A stretch of 64,000 nucleotides of DNA from Clostridiales bacterium UBA1770 (GCA_002315325.1 DCGU01000090.1:12995-76994), one strand, 5' to 3'. Positions 10,043 through 20,373 are shown, counted from the stretch's first letter. The notes: generated by a model not told the origin, from the letters alone. Program-made: numbers and translations.

Positions 10043-10603
10043 TCAGATTGCCATAATTTCTTTATTTTTCTTAGCGGTAATTGCATCAATGTCTTTGATG
10101 TACTTATCTGTCAATTCCTGAATGCTCTTTTCGCCGGCGGCTTCCTCATCCTCCGTCAAAATGCCGTCCTTTTTCTGCTTTTTGCAGTCATCGTTTGCGT
10201 CGCGGCGAATATTACGAATTGCAACCTTAGCGTCCTCGCTGAGTTTGGTTACTTTCTTGCTGATTTCTACACGGCGTTCCTCAGTCAGCTGCGGGAACGT
10301 CAAACGAATCACACGACCGTCATTGTTGGGCGTAATACCGACGTCGGACGTCAGGATGGCTTTTTCAATAGCCTTCAAAGTGGAAGCGTCATAAGGCGTA
10401 ATCACCAGCGTGCGTGCGTCGGACAAGGTTACACCGGCCATATCAACGATTTTTGTCGGTGCGCCATAGTACTCGAAGGTTACTTTTGACAAAACGGCCG
10501 GGCTTGCCTGGCTGGCACGAATCGATTTCAGCATCTCGTCAAAAGACTCCACAGATTTTTTCATTTTTCCTTCCATAGCAGAACAATCGTACTTCATTTT
10601 CAA
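10043..10603 (-). CDS. frr: Ribosome recycling factor
   Basis: 186 aa with typical Frr sequence (RTLVITPYD, GITPNNDG..IRL..P.LTEERR, IRNIRRDAND). pyrH-frr-uppS context. Confidence 0.95.
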   Translation of the reverse strand: MKMKYDCSAMEGKMKKSVESFDEMLKSIRASQASPAVLSKVTFEYYGAPTKIVDMAGVTLSDARTLVITPYDASTLKAIEKAILTSDVGITPNNDGRVIRLTFPQLTEERRVEISKKVTKLSEDAKVAIRNIRRDANDDCKKQKKDGILTEDEEAAGEKSIQELTDKYIKDIDAITAKKNKEIMAI

Positions 10604-10619
10604 ATCCTCCGTTTTTTAA

Positions 10620-11330
10620 TTATGCGTGAATTTCCGTGCCAACGTTTTCGCCGTTGATAACACGGAAGATGTTGTAAGGGTCTTTCAAAGCAAACGCGTA
10701 ACAATTGATGTTATTTTCCATACACAAAACCGTTGCCGTCAAATCCAGTGCTTTCAACTGTTTTTCAAGCACTTCCGTATAAGTTACTTCATCATAACGA
10801 ACGGCGTTGGGATTTTTACCCGGGTCGGCGTTATAAATACCGTCAACGTTCTTCGCCATCAGGACGGCGTCGGCATGAATTTGCGCAGCACGCACTGCAG
10901 CGGCTGTATCCGTTGAGAAATACGGCACCCCGAGTCCGGCACCGAAGACAACGACGTCACCGTTGTCCAACGCCTTGTTTGCCGCTTCCTCATCAAAACG
11001 TTCGGTAAAGCCCTCCATGGTAACTGCCGTCAAAACGCGGCACGAAAGCCCCGCCTGGATAAATGAATCCTGCAATGCAATAGCATTGATTGTTGTGGCA
11101 AGCATCCCCATATGATCGGCGCGGCATCGATCCATATTACCGCCCTGTCTGCCGCGCCAAATGTTCCCGGCACCGACAAGGACGGCAATTTGAACACCGA
11201 CGTCATGACACTTCTTGACAACGTCGGCAATCTGCGCAATAAAGTCGAAATTCAAAATGCCGTTTTCAGCCTGTAAAGCTTCCCCGGACAGTTTCAGTAA
11301 AATTCGCTTATATTTTGGTTGCGTCTGCAT
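10620..11330 (-). CDS. pyrH: UMP kinase
   Basis: KRILLKLSGEAL, VGAGNIWRG, VVVFGAGLGVPYFSTDTAAA. Confidence 0.95.
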   Translation of the reverse strand: MQTQPKYKRILLKLSGEALQAENGILNFDFIAQIADVVKKCHDVGVQIAVLVGAGNIWRGRQGGNMDRCRADHMGMLATTINAIALQDSFIQAGLSCRVLTAVTMEGFTERFDEEAANKALDNGDVVVFGAGLGVPYFSTDTAAAVRAAQIHADAVLMAKNVDGIYNADPGKNPNAVRYDEVTYTEVLEKQLKALDLTATVLCMENNINCYAFALKDPYNIFRVINGENVGTEIHA

Positions 11331-11361
11331 GTTATTATACTCCCTTATATTTTATAGTCTT

Positions 11362-11390
11362 ATTTTACTACATTTATATGAACTTGTAAA
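11362..11390 (-). promoter_or_regulatory. Promoter for pyrH-frr
   Basis: Minus strand: TTTACA (11385-11390), 17 nt, TAAAAT (11362-11367). Confidence 0.5.
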
Positions 11391-11402
11391 TAGGAAGACA
11401 TG

Positions 11403-11437
11403 AAAAAAGCCGTTCCCAAAACGGGAACGGCTTTTTT
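11403..11437. terminator. Terminator after tsf
   Basis: AAAAAAGCCGTTCCC-AAAA-CGGGAACGGCTTTTTT, a perfect hairpin with flanking A/T runs. Confidence 0.8.
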
Positions 11438-11453
11438 ATTTCGGAAATCGAAA

Positions 11454-12389
11454 TTAAGCCTGGCCGGCCAATTTAGCGATTTCTTCGGCGAAGTTTTCTT
11501 CTCTCTTTTCGATACCTTCACCCTTTTCGAACAGGATGAATTTAACGACCTTGATTTCACCGCCGAGCGTCTTGGCAGCAGCCTTCAGATACTGACCGAC
11601 GGTCATGCTGTCTTCCTTAACGTAGGGCTGTTCGTTCAGGCAAACGCGCTCGTAGAAGAGCTTATCCAGTTTGCCGGCAATAATCTTCTTCAGAACTTCG
11701 TCGGGCTTGTTGGCAAGCTTGGGATCGTTCTTAGCAGAAGCCAACTGGATAGCTACTTCCTCTTCAACAGCGGCAGCGGGAACGTCTTCCTTGGCGATAT
11801 ACGTGGGGGGATTACCTGCGGCAATCTGCAGAGCAACGTTCTTTGCGGTTTCGGCAAAATCAGCGCTGTTCAAAGCGGCTTCATCACCTTCAAACTTAAC
11901 GACAACACCTGCGGCACCGCCGGCGTGAATGTAAGTTGCAACGGAACCTTCAACGATTTCAAAGCGGCGAATGTTCAGCTTCTCACCGATCTGGGAAATC
12001 TTCTCGGTCAAAGCGGCATCAACAGTCTGCTCGGTCTTGTTGAACTTGCAGGCCTTCAGCGCTTCAACGTCAGCCGGCTTTTCAGCGATAATGGTAACCA
12101 GCAAACCGTCAACGAAATCACGGAACAACTGGTTCTTCGCAACGAAGTCAGTTTCAGAGTTTACTTCGATAATTGCAGTAACCTTGTCAATGGTCTTAAC
12201 GGCAACAACGCCTTCAGCAGCGATGCGGCTTTCCTTCTTGGCAGCGGTAGCAAGACCCTTTTCACGAAGGATCTTAACGGCCTTTTCAAAATCACCGTCG
12301 GCTTCAACCAGAGCCTTTTTACAATCCATCATGCCGAGACCGGTCTGAGCGCGGAGATCGGCAACCTGTTTAGCAGTAATAGCAGCCAT
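11454..12389 (-). CDS. tsf: Translation elongation factor Ts
   Basis: ITAKQVADLRAQTGLGMMDCKKAL N-terminal UBA-like motif, 311 aa, downstream of rpsB. Confidence 0.96.
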   Translation of the reverse strand: MAAITAKQVADLRAQTGLGMMDCKKALVEADGDFEKAVKILREKGLATAAKKESRIAAEGVVAVKTIDKVTAIIEVNSETDFVAKNQLFRDFVDGLLVTIIAEKPADVEALKACKFNKTEQTVDAALTEKISQIGEKLNIRRFEIVEGSVATYIHAGGAAGVVVKFEGDEAALNSADFAETAKNVALQIAAGNPPTYIAKEDVPAAAVEEEVAIQLASAKNDPKLANKPDEVLKKIIAGKLDKLFYERVCLNEQPYVKEDSMTVGQYLKAAAKTLGGEIKVVKFILFEKGEGIEKREENFAEEIAKLAGQA

Positions 12390-12414
12390 AACGTACCTCT
12401 CAGTAATTATTTTC

Positions 12415-13149
12415 TTATTGAGCGTCTGCTTCAGCAGGAGCTTCAGCGGGAGCTACTTCATTCTGTTCGCCCTGTTTGCCTTCGATAATAGCATCGGCAA
12501 GAGCGGCAGAAATCAATTTGATAGCGCGAATAGCGTCATCGTTACCGGGGATTACGTAATCGGCATCATCGGGATCGCAGTTGGTGTCAACGATAGCGAT
12601 AACCGGAATGCCAAGCTTTTTAGCTTCGAGAACGGCATTTCTTTCCTTCTTGGGGTCAACGATGAACACAGCATCGGGGAGCTGTTCCATCTCTTTAATA
12701 CCGCCGTAGCTCTTTTCAAGGTCGAAGATTTCCTTCTGCTTGCCGGCAACTTCCTTCTTGGGCAGCAGGTCAAACGTGCCGTCTTCCTGCATCTTGTTCA
12801 AATCATTCAGACGCTTGATAGAGCGCTTAATGGTCTTGAAGTTGGTCATCATACCGCCCGGCCAACGAACGTTAACGTAGTACATACTGCAACGGCCGGC
12901 CTCTTCCTTGATGGCTTCGGCAGCCTGTTTCTTCGTGCCGACAAACAGCAGATTGCCGCCGTTTGCTGCAAGGTCACGAACGAACATGTAGGCTTCGTCA
13001 ATCTTTTTTACGGTCTTCTGCAGGTCAATGATGTAGATACCGTTTCTTTCGGTGAAGATGTACTCCTGCATTTTGGGGTTCCATCTTCTGGTGTGGTGTC
13101 CGAAATGAACACCTGCTTCCAGGAGCTGCTTAATGGAAATAACAGACAT
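12415..13149 (-). CDS. rpsB: 30S ribosomal protein S2
   Basis: [19 protein letters not shown].., [16 protein letters not shown]. Confidence 0.97.
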   Translation of the reverse strand: MSVISIKQLLEAGVHFGHHTRRWNPKMQEYIFTERNGIYIIDLQKTVKKIDEAYMFVRDLAANGGNLLFVGTKKQAAEAIKEEAGRCSMYYVNVRWPGGMMTNFKTIKRSIKRLNDLNKMQEDGTFDLLPKKEVAGKQKEIFDLEKSYGGIKEMEQLPDAVFIVDPKKERNAVLEAKKLGIPVIAIVDTNCDPDDADYVIPGNDDAIRAIKLISAALADAIIEGKQGEQNEVAPAEAPAEADAQ

Positions 13150-13290
13150 GATTCATGTCCTCCTTCGGTTTTTCCACCACAGAATTGTTCGCTTTTTCAT
13201 TTCTCCGTTTTTATTACGATTGAGAAACACCGCAAGCACAAAATCCTGTGTGTGTCATTATTTTTCTTCCGTACGAACGAAAGCTTTGAA

Positions 13291-13319
13291 ATTATACCAC
13301 AACCTATTTATTATTACAA
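13291..13319 (-). promoter_or_regulatory. Promoter for rpsB-tsf (about 135-nt leader)
   Basis: Minus strand: TTGTAA (13314-13319), 17 nt, TGgTATAAT extended -10 (13291-13296). Confidence 0.55.
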
Positions 13320-13353
13320 TAGGCGTTTGCCAATATTAAGAAAAAATTTACAA

Positions 13354-15696
13354 TTATACGCTTAAAATGCGAATTTCATCATTCAAAACAGTCAATTTAA
13401 CGTCGCTGATATTCTTCTCGTAATCGGCAACGATCACGGAGGCAAGCGGATCCTCCACGTGTTTTTGGATGTACCGTCTCATATTTCTGGCACCGTATTT
13501 CCGTGAATACGAATTCTTGGCAACCCAGTCTGCAACTTCCTGGGTATAGGAAAGATCGACGTCGCGTTCTTTCATGGACGATTTCAACTGATTCAGCATT
13601 ATGCAGGCAATTTGGGAGAAATCCTGCTCGGTTAATGCGTTAAAAGTAATCACTTCGTCAACGCGATTCACAAATTCGGGGCGCAGGAACGTCAGCAATG
13701 CGTTTTCGGTCTTTGTTTCAACCGCCGTTGTATTATCTCCCGTAAAGCCGGCAAGAGACGCACCGGTCCCGGTGCCTGCATTGGTGGTCATGACGATGAT
13801 TGTGTTTTCGAAATTTACTTTTTTACCGTGTGCATCCGTCACTTGTCCGTCGTCCAGGATTTGCAGCAAAATATTCAAAACGTCGGGATGCGCCTTTTCA
13901 ATTTCATCAAACAATACGATGGAATAAGGTCTGCGGCGGATTTTTTCAGTCAGCTGACCGGCCTCGTCATAGCCGACGTATCCGGGAGGCGCCCCGATAA
14001 TCCGCGACACGGCGTGCTTTTCCATAAATTCGGACATATCAAGACGAATCAGCGTTTCGGGAGATTGGAACAAATCGTCCGCTAACGTTTTTACCAATTC
14101 GGTCTTTCCGACGCCGGTAGGACCGGCGAAGATAAACGAAACCGGTTTTCTTTTATAAGCAATACCGGCACGATTTCTCTTAACCGCTTTAACAACCGCT
14201 TCAACCGCCTTATCCTGACCGATAATGCGGTCTTTCAGCCTTGCTTCCAATTTATCCAGTCTTTCAAATTCGTTTTCCGTGATGTTGGAAGCCGGAATTC
14301 CCGTCCAAATTTCAATTACCTGCGCCAAATTTTCGGTCGTCAGCGTCACGCTTGCGCAATCCGGCTCAATGTCCTTCAAACGTTGTGACAGTCTCATCTC
14401 TTCCGATTTAATTTGCGCCAACTTTTCAAAATGGCCGTCCGATGCGCTCGTATCGTCGGGTGATACTTCGGCGTTTTCCAAACGTTCCCGTTCATCTTTT
14501 AGCGACAAAAGACGGTCGCGAATTTCCGCAGATTCATTCAACACTGCGCTGGACAGGGAGAGCGATGCGGCTGCTTCGTCCAACAAATCAATGGCTTTAT
14601 CGGGCAAATAACGATCGGTAATATATCGTTCCGACAGCGTAACCGTTTTTTGCAAAACGTCATCCGGGATGCGGATACCGTGATACTCTTCATAATAATG
14701 CTTGATACCGCGCAGCATTTCGGCAGCATCGGCAACGGATGGTTCCTCCACGGTAATCGGCTGGAATCGGCGCTCCAAAGCGGCATCTTTTTCAATATAC
14801 TTGCGGTATTCGTTGAGCGTCGTTGCACCGATGATCTGAACCTCCCCGCGTGACAGCGCAGGTTTCAAAATATTGGCGGCATTGACGCTGCCCTCGGCTT
14901 CCCCGGTTCCCACTAAATTATGAATTTCATCAATGACCAGGATAATATTGCCGGCCTCTTTTACTTCGTTCAAAAGGCCCAATACACGTGATTCAAATTG
15001 ACCGCGGAACTGCGTTCCGGCAACAAGCGCCGTTAAATCAAGTTGGTATATTTCCTTGTTCATCAGTTTAAAGGGCACTTTTTTCGCGGCAACGGCAGTT
15101 GCCAGTGCTTCTGCAATGGCTGTTTTACCGACGCCCGGTTCACCGATCAAACACGGATTATTCTTTTGTCGACGGCAAAGAATTTGCGTCATTCTTGCCA
15201 TTTCTTTTTCTCTGCCGACAATTTTATCCAATTTACCATCTCTTGCCAATTGTGTCAAATTTCGGCAATAAGTGGGCAGAAATTTATACTTTTTGGTTTT
15301 ATCCATCGTGTTCGGTTTCACAGTCTTCTTTTCTTTTCCGGTCAAAGACGATAAATCCGGCACGTTTCCTTTTTTGCTGTCTTCGGACTGCGGGACAAGA
15401 CCGGCATCACGGAACAACTGCGGGAAATCCACAGCAGGTGCCCCGCCCTCTTCCTTGTCATCCATTTCGGACGGAAGACTGCCGGAAAGCATTTCGTTTA
15501 TTTCATCTTCCACATTACCGACCTGATCGGGAGAAATGCCGAATTTTTCAAAAACGTTTCCCAGCATATTGTTTATGGGAAGACCCATTTCTTTCGCACA
15601 TTTAATACACAGTCCCTGGCTTGTCTTCTGACCGTTTTCCATTTTCGTCACAAAGATAACAGCCACGTTTTTCTTACAATTGGAGCACAATACCAT
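13354..15696 (-). CDS. Two-ring AAA+ Clp/Hsp100 ATPase (ClpC/ClpA-like) with an N-terminal C4 zinc ribbon instead of Clp_N repeats
   Basis: Two Walker A sites (GEPGVGKTA, GPTGVGKTE) and a short coiled-coil middle region. The N-terminus is CSNCKK..(x22)..CIKC, followed by an acidic low-complexity linker. Confidence 0.85.
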   Translation of the reverse strand: MVLCSNCKKNVAVIFVTKMENGQKTSQGLCIKCAKEMGLPINNMLGNVFEKFGISPDQVGNVEDEINEMLSGSLPSEMDDKEEGGAPAVDFPQLFRDAGLVPQSEDSKKGNVPDLSSLTGKEKKTVKPNTMDKTKKYKFLPTYCRNLTQLARDGKLDKIVGREKEMARMTQILCRRQKNNPCLIGEPGVGKTAIAEALATAVAAKKVPFKLMNKEIYQLDLTALVAGTQFRGQFESRVLGLLNEVKEAGNIILVIDEIHNLVGTGEAEGSVNAANILKPALSRGEVQIIGATTLNEYRKYIEKDAALERRFQPITVEEPSVADAAEMLRGIKHYYEEYHGIRIPDDVLQKTVTLSERYITDRYLPDKAIDLLDEAAASLSLSSAVLNESAEIRDRLLSLKDERERLENAEVSPDDTSASDGHFEKLAQIKSEEMRLSQRLKDIEPDCASVTLTTENLAQVIEIWTGIPASNITENEFERLDKLEARLKDRIIGQDKAVEAVVKAVKRNRAGIAYKRKPVSFIFAGPTGVGKTELVKTLADDLFQSPETLIRLDMSEFMEKHAVSRIIGAPPGYVGYDEAGQLTEKIRRRPYSIVLFDEIEKAHPDVLNILLQILDDGQVTDAHGKKVNFENTIIVMTTNAGTGTGASLAGFTGDNTTAVETKTENALLTFLRPEFVNRVDEVITFNALTEQDFSQIACIMLNQLKSSMKERDVDLSYTQEVADWVAKNSYSRKYGARNMRRYIQKHVEDPLASVIVADYEKNISDVKLTVLNDEIRILSV

Positions 15697-15719
15697 TCTG
15701 TTTTTTCCTTTCGGATTCG

Positions 15720-16799
15720 TTATTCCACGTTATACAACACGAGGGAGGACGTCAAAGTTAAGTACACCTGCCCCGCAGAATCTTTCAAAACAATGCCGTT
15801 AAAATCACAACTTGCCGTTCCGGTGATCAAAGAACCGTTTTTCAAATTCATTCTGACAATCGTTCTGCCCTGTGTCAAAAACAAATAATCACCGCAGAGC
15901 CACGCATTCTCTGCTGCTGACAGCGGAGATATATATTCAGCCGTATTCCCCTTTGCGTCGCAAGTTATAACAGTCTCGTCATCAAGAAGTACGATACGGC
16001 CGTTGCTTTGCAATACAACGTCGTCATCCAATACGTTCCCGATCGAAATCAAACGCGTTTTCCCTTTTTTATCCAAAACGCGAACGCCGTCGCTGCAAAG
16101 AACGGCGACGCGGTTTCCGTTTGCGGAAAGTTGAAGGGGATATACGTTTCGAAACGTTTTTTCATATATAATTCGAGAAAAATCGGACTTATACGTCGTT
16201 ATTCCGGTTATCCACTCACCGTCCTGCACGTCAAGCGTCAAAAGAACAAGCTTCCCGCCCGCGGCAAATCGGCAGTCAATCACGTAATCCGAACGTTCAA
16301 CGGTGTTTTCCAAGTGACCGTTCGCATTATATATTTGCACAGCGCTGGCCGATGAGTACGTTTTTGTGATCAGAGCAAAAGAGCCTCCCCCGTCCAAGGC
16401 GGCGGCATATACGGGATATTCCGGCTGCAGTTCGGTCAAAAGTTTTTCGTTTCTGAACAAAAAGCAGGATGAACCGTTTTTATCATAAACCAAAAAGTAG
16501 GAACCGTTAGCCAATACTTCCGGTTCGTTCAAGTGTGTTTGATTGTAATACTTCCTGCTTCCCTTGTCATTATAAATTTGAATTTCTCTTTTTCCGACAA
16601 TCATAATACTATGCGGGGAAGCGGCAAAAACAGTATCGTCATCCGCCGAAAACGTTACGGTGCCGTCTGTCTGCACGCCCCCTACGGTTACCGTTTCAGT
16701 CTCAAAATCCGCACAGGAAAGCAAACCGAGCCAAATGAAAACCGGCAAAATCATCAGGCATAACAACCGCAGGAAACTCGTTCGTTTCATTTTCACCAA
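15720..16799 (-). CDS. Hypothetical lipoprotein, repetitive beta-rich (propeller-like) domain
   Basis: Signal peptide with an LLSC lipobox-like site. The rest is repetitive beta-strand-like sequence. No family can be assigned with confidence (possibly DUF5711-like, from memory only). Confidence 0.55.
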   Translation of the reverse strand: MVKMKRTSFLRLLCLMILPVFIWLGLLSCADFETETVTVGGVQTDGTVTFSADDDTVFAASPHSIMIVGKREIQIYNDKGSRKYYNQTHLNEPEVLANGSYFLVYDKNGSSCFLFRNEKLLTELQPEYPVYAAALDGGGSFALITKTYSSASAVQIYNANGHLENTVERSDYVIDCRFAAGGKLVLLTLDVQDGEWITGITTYKSDFSRIIYEKTFRNVYPLQLSANGNRVAVLCSDGVRVLDKKGKTRLISIGNVLDDDVVLQSNGRIVLLDDETVITCDAKGNTAEYISPLSAAENAWLCGDYLFLTQGRTIVRMNLKNGSLITGTASCDFNGIVLKDSAGQVYLTLTSSLVLYNVE

Positions 16800-16818
16800 T
16801 CAGTTTTTTCCTTAATTA

Positions 16819-17604
16819 TTATTTTTCAAAAAAAGATTCACGGTACGTCACACGATTCAAATACAGTCCGCAGGCCGGAGCGGTAACGCCGGCATTTTTC
16901 CGTTGTGCGCCGGCAATAATTTCACAAACCGACGACGGCTCTGCTTTTTCCAGTCCTATCGGGATAAGCGTCCCCACCATGATACGTACCATATGATACA
17001 GGAAACCATCGGCACAAACGGAAAAAATCACCGTGCCGTTTTGTCTTGCGACACGGGTGGAAAATACTGTCCTGATTGGCTCCTTTATTTTAGAACCTGC
17101 CGCCATAAAAGCGGAAAAATCATGTTTTCCGCAAAAATATTGAGCGGCAAAATTCATTTTTTCGGCATCCAGCCGTTTCCCGTACTGCCAAGCGCGGTTT
17201 TCCATAAACGGGTTGCGTATCGGGTCATCGCAAATCAAATACTCGTATTCTTTGCTGACAACGTCATAACGCGGATGAAAATCATTTGCGACACGAACCG
17301 CCGCATTGACGGAAATATCATCCGGTAGATGAGCGTTCATGGCTTTCGGAATAGCGGCCGCAGGAATGTCGGAAGGCAACCCGTGGGCGCCCTTTTGGGA
17401 TACTGCAACACAAAACGTTTTGGCATGAACACCGCTGTCCGTTCTGCTGCAGCCGACTACGTCGCATTCAAAACCGAAAAGGTCTACGGCAGCACGATTC
17501 AGCGCCGCCTGCACGGTCGGTTTTCCTTTTTGAACCTGATAACCGCTGTAAGCCGTCCCGACAAAAGAAATATTTAAGAGCAGTTTTGACGTGTCATTCA
17601 TCAC
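16819..17604 (-). CDS. truA: tRNA pseudouridine(38-40) synthase
   Basis: GTAYSGYQVQ, GCSRTDSGVHA (catalytic Asp), YHMVRIMVG. Follows ecfT as in other Firmicutes. Confidence 0.93.
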   Translation of the reverse strand: MMNDTSKLLLNISFVGTAYSGYQVQKGKPTVQAALNRAAVDLFGFECDVVGCSRTDSGVHAKTFCVAVSQKGAHGLPSDIPAAAIPKAMNAHLPDDISVNAAVRVANDFHPRYDVVSKEYEYLICDDPIRNPFMENRAWQYGKRLDAEKMNFAAQYFCGKHDFSAFMAAGSKIKEPIRTVFSTRVARQNGTVIFSVCADGFLYHMVRIMVGTLIPIGLEKAEPSSVCEIIAGAQRKNAGVTAPACGLYLNRVTYRESFFEK

Positions 17605-17607
17605 AGT

Positions 17608-18426
17608 TCATCCAATTCCAATCACTGAAAAACGATTCAACAAAATAACCCCTGCGCCGACTGCACAAATAAATAACATAAATATGAAATCGGCAGCGTG
17701 CCAATGCAGGGCATTCATGCGCGTTCTCCCCTTGTCGCCGTGATAGCAACGGCACTCCATAGCCGTAGCCAATTCATCCGCACGTCTGAAAGAGGACACG
17801 AACAGCGGAACAAGAACAGGCACAAGTGCTTTCGCCCTGTGAAAAAGATTCCCCTGTGAAAAGTCTGCGCCTCTCGCTTTTTGCGCCGCCATTATTTTTT
17901 GCGTCTCTTCCATCAACGTCGGAATAAACCGCAGTGCAATCGTCATCATCATGGCAAATTCGTGCACCGGGAACCGCAGCACTTTAAGCGGCTTTAACAG
18001 TTGTTCAATGGCATCCGTCAGGGCAATCGGCGTTGTCGTGTAGGTTAAAAACAGGCACGTTCCCACAATTAATACCAGAATGCGAATTCCCATATAAACA
18101 GCGTTACTCAGACCTTCTTTGTAAATATGGATAAAACGCCATGAAACCAGCAATACGTCCCCGTTTGTAAAAAAGACGTTGATAATCACGGTAAAAAGCA
18201 AAATAAAAATAACCGGTTTGATCCCGCGCCATACGATGCGGAGCGGAATAGTGCTGACCGCCAATAACAGCAACGTGACGGCAAGGAGCAAAAGATAAGC
18301 GTCGGCATTTTTACAAAGGAAAGTACAAACAATAAACAAAACGGAAGAAATCATTTTGGCCCTTGGGTCAAGACGATGAAGAAGAGACTGCCCGGGATAA
18401 TACTGTCCTAAAGCAAAACCGGTCAT
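17608..18426 (-). CDS. ecfT: Energy-coupling factor transporter transmembrane subunit EcfT
   Basis: Polytopic CbiQ-family protein (LDPRAK, ARGAD..). Its ATG overlaps the ecfA2 stop (ATGA). Confidence 0.9.
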   Translation of the reverse strand: MTGFALGQYYPGQSLLHRLDPRAKMISSVLFIVCTFLCKNADAYLLLLAVTLLLLAVSTIPLRIVWRGIKPVIFILLFTVIINVFFTNGDVLLVSWRFIHIYKEGLSNAVYMGIRILVLIVGTCLFLTYTTTPIALTDAIEQLLKPLKVLRFPVHEFAMMMTIALRFIPTLMEETQKIMAAQKARGADFSQGNLFHRAKALVPVLVPLFVSSFRRADELATAMECRCYHGDKGRTRMNALHWHAADFIFMLFICAVGAGVILLNRFSVIGIG

Positions 18427-19298
18427 TGGGCACCGCCTCCTTTGCTTTCTGTGCACAAAACGCCGGAAAGCGCCTTGACGGCCTGTTCAACCGTGTAGGG
18501 CACAGACGGAATCGGAACGCCGTTTTCCTGTAAGCGGCGGCAAACGAGCGTAATCTCCGGCAAGGCAAGTCCTGCCTCTTCAATAAGTTCAGACTTTGCG
18601 AATACGTCCTCCGTCTTTCCTTCGACGACCACTTCACCGTGCGACATAACGACAAGTCTGTCGCAAAAACGGGCAACGTCTTCCATACTGTGACTGACGA
18701 TAATCACCGTAGCATGCGTTGCATCCTTATACGCCTTAATACCTTTAAAAATCAAATCCCGCCCCTGCGGGTCGAGTCCGGCTGCCGGCTCGTCCAAAAC
18801 CAACACGTCCGGCCGCATAGCCATCACACCGGCAATGGCAACACGTCTCTTTTGACCGCCGGAAATATCAAAGGGCGAAACCGCAAGCGTGTTTTCCGGC
18901 AAACCGACAAACCCGCATGCCTCACGCACTCTTTGCTTAATTTCGTCTGCCGACAGTCCGAGATTTTTCGGGCCGAACGCAACGTCTTTTTCAACAGTTT
19001 CCTCAAACAATTGATATTCGGGGTACTGCATAACAAGACCGACGCGGAAACGAATCCTGCCGATTTTTCGGGGCGCATTCCAAATATTGTCGCCGTCGAG
19101 CAATACTTCACCGGAATTCGGTTTCAAAAGGCCGTTCAGCATTTGAACGAGCGTTGATTTTCCGGAGCCGGTGCGTCCGATAATCCCGACAAAGCAGTCC
19201 TGCGGAAAGCCGACAGATACGTTCTGCAAAGCGCTGACAGCGTATGGTGTGCCGGGGCTGTATGTAAATGTCACATTTTGCAAACGTATTTTATCCAT
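18423..19298 (-). CDS. ecfA2: ECF transporter ATPase EcfA2
   Basis: ABC ATPase: GRTGSGKST, ISGGQKRRVAIAG, LVLDEPAAGLD. Confidence 0.9.
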   Translation of the reverse strand: MDKIRLQNVTFTYSPGTPYAVSALQNVSVGFPQDCFVGIIGRTGSGKSTLVQMLNGLLKPNSGEVLLDGDNIWNAPRKIGRIRFRVGLVMQYPEYQLFEETVEKDVAFGPKNLGLSADEIKQRVREACGFVGLPENTLAVSPFDISGGQKRRVAIAGVMAMRPDVLVLDEPAAGLDPQGRDLIFKGIKAYKDATHATVIIVSHSMEDVARFCDRLVVMSHGEVVVEGKTEDVFAKSELIEEAGLALPEITLVCRRLQENGVPIPSVPYTVEQAVKALSGVLCTESKGGGAQ

Positions 19299-19319
19299 TA
19301 ATCCTTCATTTTCCCTATT

Positions 19320-20207
19320 TTACAAGTTTCGATAATACGCCGTGATTGCCTCGATGCAATCCTGTACCGACGCATTAAGTCTATCCGGCAAAGGAATCCC
19401 CGCCTGTTTCAAGCCTTGATACATCGCAACAAACTGCGGAACGTCCAAACCCATTTGTTTTAACTCATCCCCACGAGAAAAAATTTCGGCGGGCTTTCCG
19501 TCCATAACAAAACGGCCGTTATTCAACACAACGATTCTGCCGGCCATAGAAGCTTCGGTCATATCGTGCGTGATATCCAAAACAGTGATTCCCTTTTCCC
19601 TGTTTAACTGTCCCATCAACTCCAAAACGTTTTGCCGTCCTTCGGGGTCAAGCATAGACGTCGATTCGTCAAAAATAACGCATTCCGGCATCATGGCCAG
19701 AATACCGGCAATGGCAACACGCTGCTTTTGACCGCCCGACAAACGGTGCGGCTCATGTTTCGCATATTTTTCCATATGAACAAACGAAAGCGCCTTGTCA
19801 ACGCGCCGTCTGATTTCATCCGACGGCAATCCCAAATTCTCCGGTCCGAATGCAACGTCCTCTTCAACGACAGTTGCCACCAACTGATTGTCCGGATTTT
19901 GGAATACCATACCGATTTTTTTGCGAAGCGCAATCACGTCGTCTTCGGTTACGTCGGGAGCGGTAACGTCCATACCGTCAATCACGATGGAACCGGCCGA
20001 TGGCTCCAAAACCATATTCAGCAGCTTGGCAAACGTCGACTTTCCGGAGCCGTTATGCCCCAAAATTGCGACGTATTCCCCTTTATTAATTTCCAAATTT
20101 ACGGACCGCAATACAGGGATTTCCCTATCCGAAACGGTGTCGTGATAGGAAAACTGCAAATCGCGGACAGATATAAATGTGCGTTTGTTATCGGATTCGA
20201 AAACCAT
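19320..20207 (-). CDS. ecfA1: ECF transporter ATPase EcfA1 (start moved to MVFESDNKR...)
   Basis: GHNGSGKST, LSGGQKQRVAIAG, IFDESTSMLD. The long ORF start overlaps the upstream gene. GGAGG SD lies upstream of the ATG at 20207. Confidence 0.88.
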   Translation of the reverse strand: MVFESDNKRTFISVRDLQFSYHDTVSDREIPVLRSVNLEINKGEYVAILGHNGSGKSTFAKLLNMVLEPSAGSIVIDGMDVTAPDVTEDDVIALRKKIGMVFQNPDNQLVATVVEEDVAFGPENLGLPSDEIRRRVDKALSFVHMEKYAKHEPHRLSGGQKQRVAIAGILAMMPECVIFDESTSMLDPEGRQNVLELMGQLNREKGITVLDITHDMTEASMAGRIVVLNNGRFVMDGKPAEIFSRGDELKQMGLDVPQFVAMYQGLKQAGIPLPDRLNASVQDCIEAITAYYRNL

Positions 20208-20373
20208 ATCGATCTGCACTAACCTCCATACCGCCCGAATGCGGCTCATATTTTTCGTACCATCACACGGTACACGATCACGTTTCTGCCTACCCGAAAC
20301 CACCGGATAACGCCGTAATACAAGACAGAACCCGGTTCTGCCTATTATTATACGATTGGCAGAGCCTTTGTGC

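Noticed and set aside
13150-13290. The rpsB 5' UTR of about 135 nt, considered as an S2 autoregulatory leader.
   Set aside because: I could not identify a convincing conserved structure or pseudoknot by eye. The S2 leader I recall is from Gammaproteobacteria and cannot be matched here. This is left as an open possibility rather than a claim.
11400-13365. Very long plus-strand ORFs (362 aa at 11400-12488, 315 aa at 12418-13365) opposite tsf and rpsB. Similar mirror ORFs lie opposite prs (34495-35535, 346 aa), the surface protein gene (49281-50393, 370 aa) and polC.
   Set aside because: They lie exactly antisense to confidently identified, strongly codon-biased genes. Their translations are low-complexity (L/F/V/G/N-rich) with no recognisable motifs. 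They lack SD sequences. Stop-free antisense frames are an expected by-product of codon bias.
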